Part shown: positions 18,213 to 27,811 of the stretch, in pieces
Numbering within the stretch: position 1 is the stretch's first letter
Layout: each line of letters opens with the position of its first letter
Assembly: GCA_963703365.1 (NCBI GenBank)
Contig: OY969815.1
Location: 3,080,577-3,144,576, forward strand
Source of the DNA: an uncultured Bacteroidota bacterium
Lineage (GTDB): Bacteria > Bacteroidota > Ignavibacteria > Kryptoniales > JAKASW01
DNA length: 64,000 nt
Direction: 5' to 3'
The notes under the pieces: generated by a model
The model's input: the letters and a program-made list of their open reading frames with translations, nothing else
What the model was told of the DNA's origin: nothing
Database searches by the model: none
Position numbers and translations under genes: made by a program

Positions 18213-19330
18213 TGATACGAGTTGTCTTTGCCGGCGGAGGAACCGGAGGACATATTTTCCCGGCGGTAGCAATTGCAGAGAGTTTGATGGAGCAAAACTC
18301 GTCCATGTATCATACGGGCGGCGTTGACGTGATGTTTGTCGGAACGAAAAATAAAATTGAAGCTAGAATTGTTCCGCAGCTTGGCTACAAGTTTCGCACA
18401 ATATGGATCGGAGGATTTTCGCGAAAGTTCAAGCTGTCAAACTTTTTGCTCCCGGTTAAGATAATCGTTTCAGTTTTTCAATCGTTGAAACTTTTGCTTA
18501 CATACAAGCCGAATGTTGTCGTCGGAACTGGCGGATATGTTTCCGGCCCGGTGTGCGCTGCCGCCGTTATCACGAGAACTCCGATCGTCCTTCAGGAACA
18601 CAACAGCTATCCTGGCGCCATGACGAGAATGTTTGCGCCTTTCGCTCGTGAAATCCATATTGCATTTGAAACTTCCAAAAATTATTTCCAAAGACGCCGC
18701 AATCTTTTCGTGACAGGAAGCCCGGTCAGAAAGATGCCGAGGGCAAAGCGAGAGGAAGCACTGGACTTTTTCGGCTTAAGCGTAGGGAGACGAACCCTCC
18801 TTGTGACGGGCGGCAGTCTGGGAGCTGTAAAACTTAACAGCGCAGTATTAGAAATCGTTGACGATTTAATAAGTCGTAATTATCAGTTGATATGGCAGAC
18901 TGGCTCTGTTGATTTCGAAAGAATCAAAGAGAGCTGCGAAAAGAATCCGTCTATGATTTACGGACGAGTTGAAAAATTCATAGAAAGAATGGATCTCGCA
19001 TACTCGGCGGCTGACATTGCTGTCTGCCGAAGTGGCGCGACAACTATTGCCGAGCTTATTTATTTCAATATTCCCGCCGTAATTATTCCGTACCCCTATG
19101 CGGCAGCCAATCATCAAGTCGAAAATGCACGTGCCTTTGTCGGGAGCGGCGGCGCTGTCATGGTACAGGAATTCGAAATTGAGAAAAAGTTTAAAAGAGA
19201 GTTATTAGGAGTGATCGATAACCCCGCACAGCTCATTGCCATGCAGGAAAAGGTGAGGAAGTTGTCACACAATGATGCGGCGGAAGTTATTGCGAGATCG
19301 GTTTTAAGAATTGCGGGGGCAAATGCATAA
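18212..19330 (+). CDS. murG: UDP-N-acetylglucosamine--N-acetylmuramyl-(pentapeptide) pyrophosphoryl-undecaprenol GlcNAc transferase
   Basis: GGTGGHIFPAVAIAE and the C-terminal GT28 motifs (RSGATTIAEL) are present. Confidence 0.95.
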   Translation: MIRVVFAGGGTGGHIFPAVAIAESLMEQNSSMYHTGGVDVMFVGTKNKIEARIVPQLGYKFRTIWIGGFSRKFKLSNFLLPVKIIVSVFQSLKLLLTYKPNVVVGTGGYVSGPVCAAAVITRTPIVLQEHNSYPGAMTRMFAPFAREIHIAFETSKNYFQRRRNLFVTGSPVRKMPRAKREEALDFFGLSVGRRTLLVTGGSLGAVKLNSAVLEIVDDLISRNYQLIWQTGSVDFERIKESCEKNPSMIYGRVEKFIERMDLAYSAADIAVCRSGATTIAELIYFNIPAVIIPYPYAAANHQVENARAFVGSGGAVMVQEFEIEKKFKRELLGVIDNPAQLIAMQEKVRKLSHNDAAEVIARSVLRIAGANA

Positions 19331-19805
19331 ACATTTCAAGCGTAAATTCGAATTTTATTACCAGTCGGTTGCCGTCTATGCTGTCGCGCTGATACTTTAT
19401 GCCGTGGTACGCGGCTCGTTTGCCGAGGACGAGTTCAAAATGGTTTTCAAAGATCCGATCGTGTATGCATTCATTATTGTGTTAGCTTATTCCGTTTTCA
19501 TTCTCATTTTCAACATGCTCTTCCAAAGGGATGTCATCGTAACGGACGACTCGATAGTTTTGCAAAACAGGTTCGACAGCAAGACGGTCAAGCTGTCCGG
19601 CATAGAATGGATACGCGTCGGCAAAGCGAAACGGATGAAAATGCGCGGGAGTTTCAAAGTCATCAAGTTGAAGCTAAAGGATCATTTGAGAGCTGTTAGA
19701 ATAAATCCGATCTACTTTCATGATGAGCAAGATATGATCGAGACTTTCAAACAATTAAGTCAATCTAATGTCCCGTATGTCGAAAGAGCGAGCGGAAATG
19801 TTTAA
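19323..19805 (+). CDS. Hypothetical membrane protein (2 TM plus a ~80-aa soluble domain, possibly bacterial PH-like) inserted in the dcw cluster
   Basis: There are two hydrophobic helices (YQSVAVYAVALILYAVV and IVYAFIIVLAYSVFILIF), followed by a beta-rich basic segment. ATG 19323 overlaps the murG stop, and its own stop overlaps the murC start. An alternative TTG start lies at 19311. Confidence 0.6.
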   Translation: MHKHFKRKFEFYYQSVAVYAVALILYAVVRGSFAEDEFKMVFKDPIVYAFIIVLAYSVFILIFNMLFQRDVIVTDDSIVLQNRFDSKTVKLSGIEWIRVGKAKRMKMRGSFKVIKLKLKDHLRAVRINPIYFHDEQDMIETFKQLSQSNVPYVERASGNV

Positions 19806-21204
19806 GAGCGTTAGAAAAGTTCACATGGTCGGAATTGGCGGAATCGGAATGAGCGGCATTGCGGAAATTTTGATTGACCAAGGTTTTGAAGTAAGCGGCT
19901 CCGACAGGCAGCTCAGCGAAATCACCGACCGGCTCAAGAAGTTGGGCGCGAAAATTTTCAAAGGTCATGCTGCGAAAAACTTAGGTGAAGCGGACGTTGT
20001 CGTTTATTCATCCGCGGTCCATCTTGATAATCTGGAACTTGTGGCTGCGGCGGAAAAGAAAATACCGGTTATTCGGAGAGCCGAAATGTTAGCGGAGCTT
20101 ATGCGGATGAAATATGGAATCGCAATCGCAGGCACGCACGGCAAGACCACTACGACAAGTATGACGAGTTTAGTTTTGATGGAAGGCGGATTGGATCCGA
20201 CCGTAATAGTGGGCGGCAAACTTTCGAGCTTCGGCGGAACGAACGCCCGGCTTGGCCATGGAGAGTACATTGTGGTCGAAGCAGATGAGTTCGATAGATC
20301 GTTCCTGCAGCTAGCTCCAGTCATTGCCGCAATTACAACTTTGGAGCGTGAGCATCTTGACATTTACACCGACCTCGAAGACATCAAACGTGCCTTCGTG
20401 GAATTTGCAAACAAAGTTCCGTTCTACGGTTTTGTAATTCTTTGTCTCGATGAATCATCCATCCAGGAAATTTTGCCGCTCATCAGGAAGAAAGTTGTTA
20501 CTTACGGACTTAATGCACAATCGGACTTACGAGCCGTGAATATTTTGTTCGATGCGAACCGCAGCAAATTCAATCTCCTTTTACGCGGCAAAGATCTCGG
20601 TGAAATCAATCTTAATGTTCCCGGCCTTCACAACGTGAAGAACTCGGTCGCAGCAATCGGAATCGGACTAGAATTAGGAATTGAATTTTCAAAGATCAAG
20701 AAAGCTGTCGAATCTTTCACGGGAGTTTACCGGCGTCTTGAGATCAAAGCGGACATCGACGGCGTAACGATTGTCGACGATTATGCTCATCATCCAACGG
20801 AAGTCCAGGCGACATTGTCGGCGTTGAGATCCGGCTGGCCTCAGAGACGGGTCGTCGCAGTTTTTCAACCGCATCTTTTTTCTCGCACGCGAGATTTTCA
20901 CGACGAGTTCGGAAAAAGTTTTCTCAACGCAGATGTCCTTGTCGTCATAGAAATTTATCCGGCGCGCGAGGAGCCGATCCAAGGAATTACCGGCGAGCTT
21001 ATTGTGAATGATGCGCGGGCGTTCGGTCATAAAGAAGCATATTACGTTCAAGATAAAAGACAACTTTCTGAATTTTTAATGAAGATAAAAAAATCCGGCG
21101 ACATAGTCGTAACTCTCGGCGCCGGTGATATTTTAAAATATGGCGAAGAGTTTATCGGCAAGATGAAAACATCAACCAGTAAGCCTGGAACAAAGAGGAA
21201 GTAG
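19798..21204 (+). CDS. murC: UDP-N-acetylmuramate--L-alanine ligase
   Basis: VHMVGIGGIGMSGIAE and GTHGKTTTTSM are present. I chose the start at MFKSVRK (19798). The ORF track offers 19768. Confidence 0.95.
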   Translation: MFKSVRKVHMVGIGGIGMSGIAEILIDQGFEVSGSDRQLSEITDRLKKLGAKIFKGHAAKNLGEADVVVYSSAVHLDNLELVAAAEKKIPVIRRAEMLAELMRMKYGIAIAGTHGKTTTTSMTSLVLMEGGLDPTVIVGGKLSSFGGTNARLGHGEYIVVEADEFDRSFLQLAPVIAAITTLEREHLDIYTDLEDIKRAFVEFANKVPFYGFVILCLDESSIQEILPLIRKKVVTYGLNAQSDLRAVNILFDANRSKFNLLLRGKDLGEINLNVPGLHNVKNSVAAIGIGLELGIEFSKIKKAVESFTGVYRRLEIKADIDGVTIVDDYAHHPTEVQATLSALRSGWPQRRVVAVFQPHLFSRTRDFHDEFGKSFLNADVLVVIEIYPAREEPIQGITGELIVNDARAFGHKEAYYVQDKRQLSEFLMKIKKSGDIVVTLGAGDILKYGEEFIGKMKTSTSKPGTKRK

Positions 21205-22212
21205 ATGCTTTCCATCGAGCAGCTGAAAAAATATTTCAGAGGATACATCGGCATCGGCGAGCCGCTTGCCAAGTTGACGACATTCAAGATAGGCGGACCG
21301 GCAGATTTTTATTTTGAGCCGGCTGATGCGGGCGATCTCGCGGTTTTAGTGAATCTCTTAGAAGAAAATGAATTCCCGTTTGTGATGATCGGAAACGGCA
21401 GTAATATACTCGTTAGTGACTTTGGCTATCGTGGAGCGGCGATCAACCTCGAGCGCGCCATGAGCAATTCTGAATTTGACGGCGAATTCGTAAAGGCGGG
21501 CGCCGGACTGAAGTTAGCGAAGTTCGTAGATTTTTGTATCGAGAACGGTCTGCACGGAGTTGAAATGCTTGCGGGAATTCCGGGAACTCTCGGTGGGGCA
21601 ATTGTTATGAATGCCGGCGCTTACGGTGGTGCGATATCCGATTACCTTGTTGAAACGGAAGTGATTCGCAAAGGTGAATTGAAAAAAGTATCGCGGGAAG
21701 CTGCTGTATTCGGTTACCGTTACAGTTCGTTTCAGGACGACATCGTGGTCGATGCGGCATTTAGATTTCCGAGCGGTGACAAGTCCGAGATGAGGCGAGT
21801 TCGTCGTGAGCTTTTGATTCGCCGCAATGAAGCGCAGCCTGTCGAATTGCCAAATGCCGGTTCGATTTTCAAAAACCCCGTGATGAATTCTGCAGGAAGG
21901 CTAATCGAAAATTGCGGACTGAAAGGTCTTAGAATAGGAAACGCAGAGATTTCCCAAAAGCACGCGAACTTCATTGTGAACCTTGGTAACGCAAGTGCAA
22001 TTGACGTGCTTCAACTAATTCGCAAAGTGCAAGAAGAGGTGCATGCAAAGTTCGATGTCATGCTCGAGTTAGAAGTAAAACTGATCGGAATTTTTTCAGA
22101 TGAAAATTCCGCTAACTTCCACGACATCGGAGTTAACTCCCATGGAAGTGGACAATCGCCGCGACTCGTGAAAATTCATCCGGTTGCAAAATTGACAAGT
22201 GGAGAAATTTGA
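21205..22212 (+). CDS. murB: UDP-N-acetylenolpyruvoylglucosamine reductase
   Basis: The FAD-binding PCMH domain (TFKIGGPADFY, GNGSNILV) and the C-terminal MurB domain are present. It carries a ~35-aa C-terminal tail. Confidence 0.9.
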   Translation: MLSIEQLKKYFRGYIGIGEPLAKLTTFKIGGPADFYFEPADAGDLAVLVNLLEENEFPFVMIGNGSNILVSDFGYRGAAINLERAMSNSEFDGEFVKAGAGLKLAKFVDFCIENGLHGVEMLAGIPGTLGGAIVMNAGAYGGAISDYLVETEVIRKGELKKVSREAAVFGYRYSSFQDDIVVDAAFRFPSGDKSEMRRVRRELLIRRNEAQPVELPNAGSIFKNPVMNSAGRLIENCGLKGLRIGNAEISQKHANFIVNLGNASAIDVLQLIRKVQEEVHAKFDVMLELEVKLIGIFSDENSANFHDIGVNSHGSGQSPRLVKIHPVAKLTSGEI

Positions 22213-23027
22213 AACAAATCGATAGAACATATTTGAACTTTATTTTAACAACCTGTGTGTTAGCTGCACTTTACTTGACATCCCAGAATTGGAAAAACCA
22301 GCTTGTGCTCCATGATGTCAAAGTCTATGATGCAAGCATGTTGACGGATGACGAAGTGAAAACGCTCGCTGATGTGCAGAACGGAAGAGCACTTTATGGA
22401 TTGAGTCTCACTCAAATTTCTCATCGTGTCGAGCAGAATCCGTTCGTAAAACAAGCTGTTGTGGTACGCGCACTTCCATACGATTTGACAATTACAGTCC
22501 ACGAGCGCAATCCGATAGCACTTCTGGCAATGACAAGTTCTATGTTGTCGGTTGACGGTAATGGCATTGTGCTCCCACTTCCGCTTGGCCGGAAAAACAA
22601 TTTGCCGGTGATCGCAAATGTCACAGAAGAACTCGCGGTCGGTAACACGGTGAAAGGAAGCTTAATGCAAGCGGTAAGATTCATTTGTGAGGCCAACAAA
22701 ATCGGCACAGCACTCAGTGCAGACCTTGCCGAGGTCAAATTAGATGGAGATAATTTAATCGCTTACACGACTGCGTCTTCTTTGCCCGTGATAATCGGCA
22801 AAGGCGATTTGGACAGAAAGCTTATTTACTTGCAAAGTTTTCTCAAAGAGGTTGCGGACAACGGCGACCCCAGTTACAGTTACATCGATCTAAGATTCAG
22901 TGGCCAGATCGTGGTTGGAACACGGCTTGTCGCGGATCCCGTCAGCGGTAATGGGTCATTCAGCAATACGGGATCTTCTGCGCCGGAGGCGCATCAGCCT
23001 AAGGCTGAGATTGGAAAAGTAAACTAA
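22209..23027 (+). CDS. ftsQ: Cell division protein FtsQ (POTRA domain)
   Basis: It has an N-terminal TM helix followed by POTRA-like and FtsQ-like regions, at the expected dcw position. Its TTG start overlaps the murB stop. Confidence 0.8.
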   Translation: MKQIDRTYLNFILTTCVLAALYLTSQNWKNQLVLHDVKVYDASMLTDDEVKTLADVQNGRALYGLSLTQISHRVEQNPFVKQAVVVRALPYDLTITVHERNPIALLAMTSSMLSVDGNGIVLPLPLGRKNNLPVIANVTEELAVGNTVKGSLMQAVRFICEANKIGTALSADLAEVKLDGDNLIAYTTASSLPVIIGKGDLDRKLIYLQSFLKEVADNGDPSYSYIDLRFSGQIVVGTRLVADPVSGNGSFSNTGSSAPEAHQPKAEIGKVN

Positions 23028-23036
23028 GGTATTGAC

Positions 23037-24341
23037 ATGAGTAATAATATGATAGTAGCACTTGATATTGGAACGACGAAAGTTTGTGCATTGGTCGTCG
23101 AAACTGACCAGAACGGTAAGTTGAACGTTCTCGGTATCGGCACGAGCAAATCCGGAGGAATGAGCCGTGGAGTCGTTGCCAATATCGACCGGACGGTCAA
23201 GTCGATCCAGGAAGCCGTTCAAATTGCGGAGTCGAAGCCTGGCATGAAAATAAAAAGCGCAATTGTCGGTATCGCCGGAGAGCATATTGAAAGTTTCAAA
23301 ACGAACAGCATCGTGACGATTAGTAATCCTGACCATGAAATTACTGAAAGCGATATTGATCGGCTGATCGAAGATTCACGGCGAATTCATCTTTCTCGTG
23401 ACAGAGAAATTATCCATATCATTCCGCAAGAATTCATAATCGACGGTCAAACTGTGACGCACGATCCGATCGGAATGGCAGGCGTTCGCGTCGAAGGATC
23501 AATGCACGTCGTGACAGGTTTGGTAACCGCCGCTCAAAACATTCACAAGTGTGTCGAAAGAGCCGGGCTGCAAGTGGAAGAGCTTGTTCTCCAGCCGCTT
23601 GCTTCTAGTTATTCCGTGCTGACCGAAGACGAGAAAGAAGTCGGAGTTGCGCTGCTCGACATCGGAGGTGGAACGACCGACCTTGCTGTGTTCGAGGATC
23701 GAACGATCCGCCACACTTCTGTGATCCCGATTGCCGGAGATCATATCACGACTGATATTCGAAAAGGATTGGGAATACTTCCCGAGCAGGCAGAAGAATT
23801 GAAAGTTAACCACGGCTATGCCATGGTTTCCGAAGTCATTGACGACGAGCCGATCTTGATTCCCGGCATCGGCGGGCGTAAACCGATCGAGATAAACAAA
23901 AAGCTTCTTGCACAGATAATTCAACCTCGTGTCGAAGAGCTTCTCGACATCGTAGCGATGGAAATAAAGCGATCCGGCTACTCTCGCCATTTATCTGCCG
24001 GAATTGTTCTTACTGGCGGCGGTGCGCTGCTGAAAGGAATGCCGGAGCTTGTCGAATATGTTCTCGGCGTTCCGGCGAAGATAGGAATACCTCAAATGTT
24101 CGACGGTGGATTTGCACGCGAAGTCGAAAATCCAATTTATGCTACTGCGGTCGGATTGATTCAATATGGTCTAAAGCGCGGAGCAGGAAAGTCCACAATA
24201 AGATTTGCGGAAACGGAAACCGGAGACCGTAGACTGGATGCGGTTGAAGAAAAAATTGTCAATAAGAATGGAAAAGGTTTTTTTGGAAAAGGAGTACAGC
24301 TCCTTAGAAAATTTATTAATAAAAACATCGACAATGTCTAA
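23037..24341 (+). CDS. ftsA: Cell division protein FtsA
   Basis: It has the actin-like ATPase motifs ALDIGTTKVCALV and LLDIGGGTTDLAVF, with a C-terminal amphipathic tail. Confidence 0.95.
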   Translation: MSNNMIVALDIGTTKVCALVVETDQNGKLNVLGIGTSKSGGMSRGVVANIDRTVKSIQEAVQIAESKPGMKIKSAIVGIAGEHIESFKTNSIVTISNPDHEITESDIDRLIEDSRRIHLSRDREIIHIIPQEFIIDGQTVTHDPIGMAGVRVEGSMHVVTGLVTAAQNIHKCVERAGLQVEELVLQPLASSYSVLTEDEKEVGVALLDIGGGTTDLAVFEDRTIRHTSVIPIAGDHITTDIRKGLGILPEQAEELKVNHGYAMVSEVIDDEPILIPGIGGRKPIEINKKLLAQIIQPRVEELLDIVAMEIKRSGYSRHLSAGIVLTGGGALLKGMPELVEYVLGVPAKIGIPQMFDGGFAREVENPIYATAVGLIQYGLKRGAGKSTIRFAETETGDRRLDAVEEKIVNKNGKGFFGKGVQLLRKFINKNIDNV

Positions 24342-24355
24342 AAAGGAGGCATGAC

Positions 24356-25591
24356 GTGTTCGAATTAGACACAGATAAACTAGGCCCACGTATCAGAGTG
24401 GTGGGCATCGGCGGATGCGGCGGAAACGCTGTCAACAGTATTGCCAAACGAGGCATCCATGGTGTTGATCTCATTGTGGTGAACACTGATTTGCAGGACC
24501 TCGAGCGGAGTGTTTCGCCGAACAAAATTCAGATTGGCAAGACTACCACGCGCGGGCTTGGAGCCGGCTCGAATCCTGAGACTGGCAGGCGCGCGGCTAT
24601 GGAAGCGCGCGATGAAATATATCGAGCGCTCAAAGACAGCGACATGGTTTTCCTCACCGCGGGAATGGGCGGCGGGACCGGAACGGGCGCTGCGCCCGTA
24701 ATCGCAGGCATCTTGAAAGGCGTTGACCGCGATGACATCAAGAAAGAAAGTCAGGAAGAACGCGTGCCGCTTATCGTGGCTGTCGTGACGAAGCCGTTCG
24801 CGAACGAAGCGAAGGAACGAATGCGAAATGCCGACATAGGCATCGAGGAATTGAAAAAATATGTCGATGCACTGATTGTAATTCCGAATGAAAAGCTTCT
24901 GACGATTTCTGACAAATCAGCAGGCTTTTTAGTGTCGTTCCAGAAAATTTACGATGTGTTGTACGATGCAATTCGGGGAATCTCCGAGATAATCACGAAA
25001 CCCGGATTCGTGAACGTGGACTTTGCCGATGTGAGGACCGTTCTCGCTTCGCGTGGCGATGCTATTATCGGTACCGGAATCGCGAGCGGCGAGAGACGTG
25101 CAGCAGAAGCCGCATCGGCGGCAATTTGCAACCCGCTTCTTGAAGAAGTTTCTCTCGAAAGAGTCGAAGGAATCCTCGTCAGCATTACCGCTGGCAACGA
25201 TTTTGCACTTCATGAATTCGACGAGATAGTAAAGACCGTTCGCAGCGTTGCGAAAAATGGAGACGACGAGTGCAAGATTATCGTCGGAGTTTCTATGGAT
25301 GATAAAATCGAGAAGGAAGTGATCGTCACAGTGATCGCCGCGGGCCTTAACCACAATGCTCAGCCTCTTCCGACTTCTACTCCCGATCCACGTAAGAGGT
25401 TGATTATTAAAGAGAACGATAAAGTGAAAGACCAATCATGGACAATAAAGGATTGGCGCTCTTTCGACGAACCGACATTCGAGAGAAATGGCATCAACAT
25501 TCACTTGAATAAGTTGGACGAAGGAGATGCATCGGAGCAGAACACAAAACAGGGAGAAAGACCTGCATTTTTAAGAAAAGTCATGGATTGA
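24356..25591 (+). CDS. ftsZ: Cell division GTPase FtsZ
   Basis: The tubulin signature [13 protein letters not shown] and the N-terminal [13 protein letters not shown] are present. The GTG start lies 6 nt after an AGGAGG RBS. Confidence 0.97.
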   Translation: MFELDTDKLGPRIRVVGIGGCGGNAVNSIAKRGIHGVDLIVVNTDLQDLERSVSPNKIQIGKTTTRGLGAGSNPETGRRAAMEARDEIYRALKDSDMVFLTAGMGGGTGTGAAPVIAGILKGVDRDDIKKESQEERVPLIVAVVTKPFANEAKERMRNADIGIEELKKYVDALIVIPNEKLLTISDKSAGFLVSFQKIYDVLYDAIRGISEIITKPGFVNVDFADVRTVLASRGDAIIGTGIASGERRAAEAASAAICNPLLEEVSLERVEGILVSITAGNDFALHEFDEIVKTVRSVAKNGDDECKIIVGVSMDDKIEKEVIVTVIAAGLNHNAQPLPTSTPDPRKRLIIKENDKVKDQSWTIKDWRSFDEPTFERNGINIHLNKLDEGDASEQNTKQGERPAFLRKVMD

Positions 25592-25612
25592 GAATAGGAT
25601 TGGAATAATTGC

Positions 25613-26347
25613 ATGGAAGTTTTAAACTCCATTACCGAAATAAGGAAGCTTTTTGCTATGGAAAAGCGCGAACTAAACATAATGATGATCGAGGACGACC
25701 CTGACATTCCGAAATTGGCGCGTCTTTATCTGAAACCTTATAAAGATGCGGAATTCAATCTCGTCTGGGTCGAGTCAGGCGAGGATGCAATGAAGTTTCT
25801 TTCGGACAGTCAGAATCTCGACATAATTCTTGTCGATTACCAGCTACCCGGAATTAATGGTCTGGAAACCACGCGGCAAATCCGTGAGAAAGGAATCAGA
25901 GTCCCGGTCGTCTTCCTTACCAATGCGATCGATTTCAAGCTTGCGATCGAAGCGATGAAGCTTGATGTCGAAGATTACCTTTTGAAGGAAGAAGCGGTCA
26001 CATCGATACTTCCGAGTATAATCTTGAATGTTGTTGAGCGTGTCAAGCTTCGAGAGAAGTTAGCGGAAGCTGAAATGAACAAGGTCGCACAGCGCGAGAG
26101 GATCGACGGAATAAAAAGTCTGATCGTTACAATTTCACATGAGCTTAATAATCCGCTTGCAGCATTGAAGCTTGCCATCAATGTTCTTCAACGAAAACAG
26201 ATGCCTCCGGATGTCCTGAGCTATCTCACGATTATGAAGGAAAACACGGAACGTATAGAGGGAGTCGTTGCGAAGCTCAGAGATCTGAAAGGTGAGAAGG
26301 TTACCTCTTACATTGGCAATATAAAAATGATAGATCTCTCCGAATAA
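25613..26347 (+). CDS. Response-regulator receiver domain fused to a HisKA/DHp-like H-box, with no HATPase domain
   Basis: The REC domain (IMMIEDDPD...ILVDYQLPGINGLE...) is followed by a coiled region and ISHELNNPLAAL (H-box). The protein ends ~60 aa later with no N/G1/G2 ATP-binding boxes. An alternative start is ATG 25658. Confidence 0.75.
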   Translation: MEVLNSITEIRKLFAMEKRELNIMMIEDDPDIPKLARLYLKPYKDAEFNLVWVESGEDAMKFLSDSQNLDIILVDYQLPGINGLETTRQIREKGIRVPVVFLTNAIDFKLAIEAMKLDVEDYLLKEEAVTSILPSIILNVVERVKLREKLAEAEMNKVAQRERIDGIKSLIVTISHELNNPLAALKLAINVLQRKQMPPDVLSYLTIMKENTERIEGVVAKLRDLKGEKVTSYIGNIKMIDLSE

Positions 26348-26384
26348 ATTGTGCTCTTAGCTGAACGCTAATTGCCATTAGAAC

Positions 26385-27731
26385 ATGGAACATGCACTTG
26401 TCGTCGATGACGAAAAGAATGTAACTGAACTTCTTAAGCTTCAACTTGAGGAAGTCGGCTTTGCTGTTGACATCGCGAATGATGGGGCGGTCGGCATAAA
26501 TAAGATTCAGGCGAAAAACTACGACGTGATCTTGCTCGACCTAAAGATGCCGAGAATAAACGGGATAGAAGTTTTAAAGTTTGCGAAAGAAAACCAGCCC
26601 GATTCACAAGTCCTGATATTGACCGGATATGGCGACATAAAAACAGCCGTCGATACGATCAAGATGGGGGCATTCGATTTTATTACCAAGCCATACAATT
26701 TCGATGAGCTGCTGGTCTCGATAAATAACGCGCTCGAGATGCACCGGCTAATCGTTGACAACAAAGTAATGAAGATGCAGCTTGGCGATGGGAAGTACGA
26801 GATCGTGGGACAAAGTACGGCGCTGCAGAAAGTTGTTGAGCTTGCTTTGAAGGTTGCGGCGAGCGACGCGTCGGTTTTGATCACCGGACCGAGCGGTTCC
26901 GGCAAGGAGTTGATTGCCCACCTTATTCATGAGAACAGTGAGCGCGCGAAGAAACCGTTTGTTGCCGTCAATTGCGCATCGATACCGGATACATTGATCG
27001 AGAGCGAGCTTTTCGGTCATGAGAAAGGAGCGTTCACGGATGCGCATGCCCTCAAGCAGGGACTTGCGGAAATCGCAGATGGTGGTGCACTTTTCTTAGA
27101 CGAAGTCGGCGACATAAGTTACATTGTCCAGCCGAAGCTGCTCCGATTCATCGAGACGGGTACTTTTCGGAGAGTCGGGGGTACGGTCGAGATGAGCGTC
27201 AATGCCCGGATAATTTCCGCTACGAACAAAGACATTGAGCGCGAAGTGGAAGAAGGAAAATTCCGGGAAGACTTGCTTTATAGATTGAACGTGGTACATG
27301 TCGAGATTCCTTCGCTCAGTCAACGAAGGGAAGACATTCCACTTTTGGTCGATCATTTTCTTCAGAAGAAACGCAGTTCGCGGCGTGTCAAGAGGATTTC
27401 GCCGGAAGCGCTGAAGCTCCTTATGGAATACGGTTGGCCCGGAAACATACGCGAGCTTGAAAACGTAATAGAGCGCGCGGCTATTTTAGCTTCGGGCGGT
27501 GAGATCACCCCGGCGTCCATAGCTTTGACATCAAAAACAAAGTCGCCTGATCTGCGGAAAATTCCTACGAGGCTGTCATTGGCTGAACTTGAAAAAATTC
27601 ATATAGAGAATGTTTTGAGGGCGAATGCATTCAACCGAACAAAGTCCGCAAAGTCATTGGGGATAAGTTTGAAGACACTTTACCTGAAGATAAAAAGTTA
27701 CGAGATAGATACACCCGCGGTCAAATCATAA
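26385..27731 (+). CDS. Sigma-54-dependent response regulator (NtrC family: REC + AAA+ + Fis-type HTH)
   Basis: It has the REC domain (VILLDLKMP), Walker A GPSGSGKE, ESELFGHEKGAFTDA (a GAFTGA variant), Walker B LFLDEVG and a C-terminal HTH (SAKSLGISLKTLYLKIK). Confidence 0.9.
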   Translation: MEHALVVDDEKNVTELLKLQLEEVGFAVDIANDGAVGINKIQAKNYDVILLDLKMPRINGIEVLKFAKENQPDSQVLILTGYGDIKTAVDTIKMGAFDFITKPYNFDELLVSINNALEMHRLIVDNKVMKMQLGDGKYEIVGQSTALQKVVELALKVAASDASVLITGPSGSGKELIAHLIHENSERAKKPFVAVNCASIPDTLIESELFGHEKGAFTDAHALKQGLAEIADGGALFLDEVGDISYIVQPKLLRFIETGTFRRVGGTVEMSVNARIISATNKDIEREVEEGKFREDLLYRLNVVHVEIPSLSQRREDIPLLVDHFLQKKRSSRRVKRISPEALKLLMEYGWPGNIRELENVIERAAILASGGEITPASIALTSKTKSPDLRKIPTRLSLAELEKIHIENVLRANAFNRTKSAKSLGISLKTLYLKIKSYEIDTPAVKS

Positions 27732-27811
27732 CTTCAAAATATAATCATGGACGCCATTCGTAGGAGAGATGACAGCACATCGTGGCGCGACGCCGTGGTA
27801 ACAGTTGTCGT

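Noticed and set aside
22107-22212. About 35-aa C-terminal tail on MurB, considered as a possible fusion or frameshift.
   Set aside because: The tail is short and low-complexity and ends exactly at the coupled ftsQ start. There is no evidence of a separate domain.
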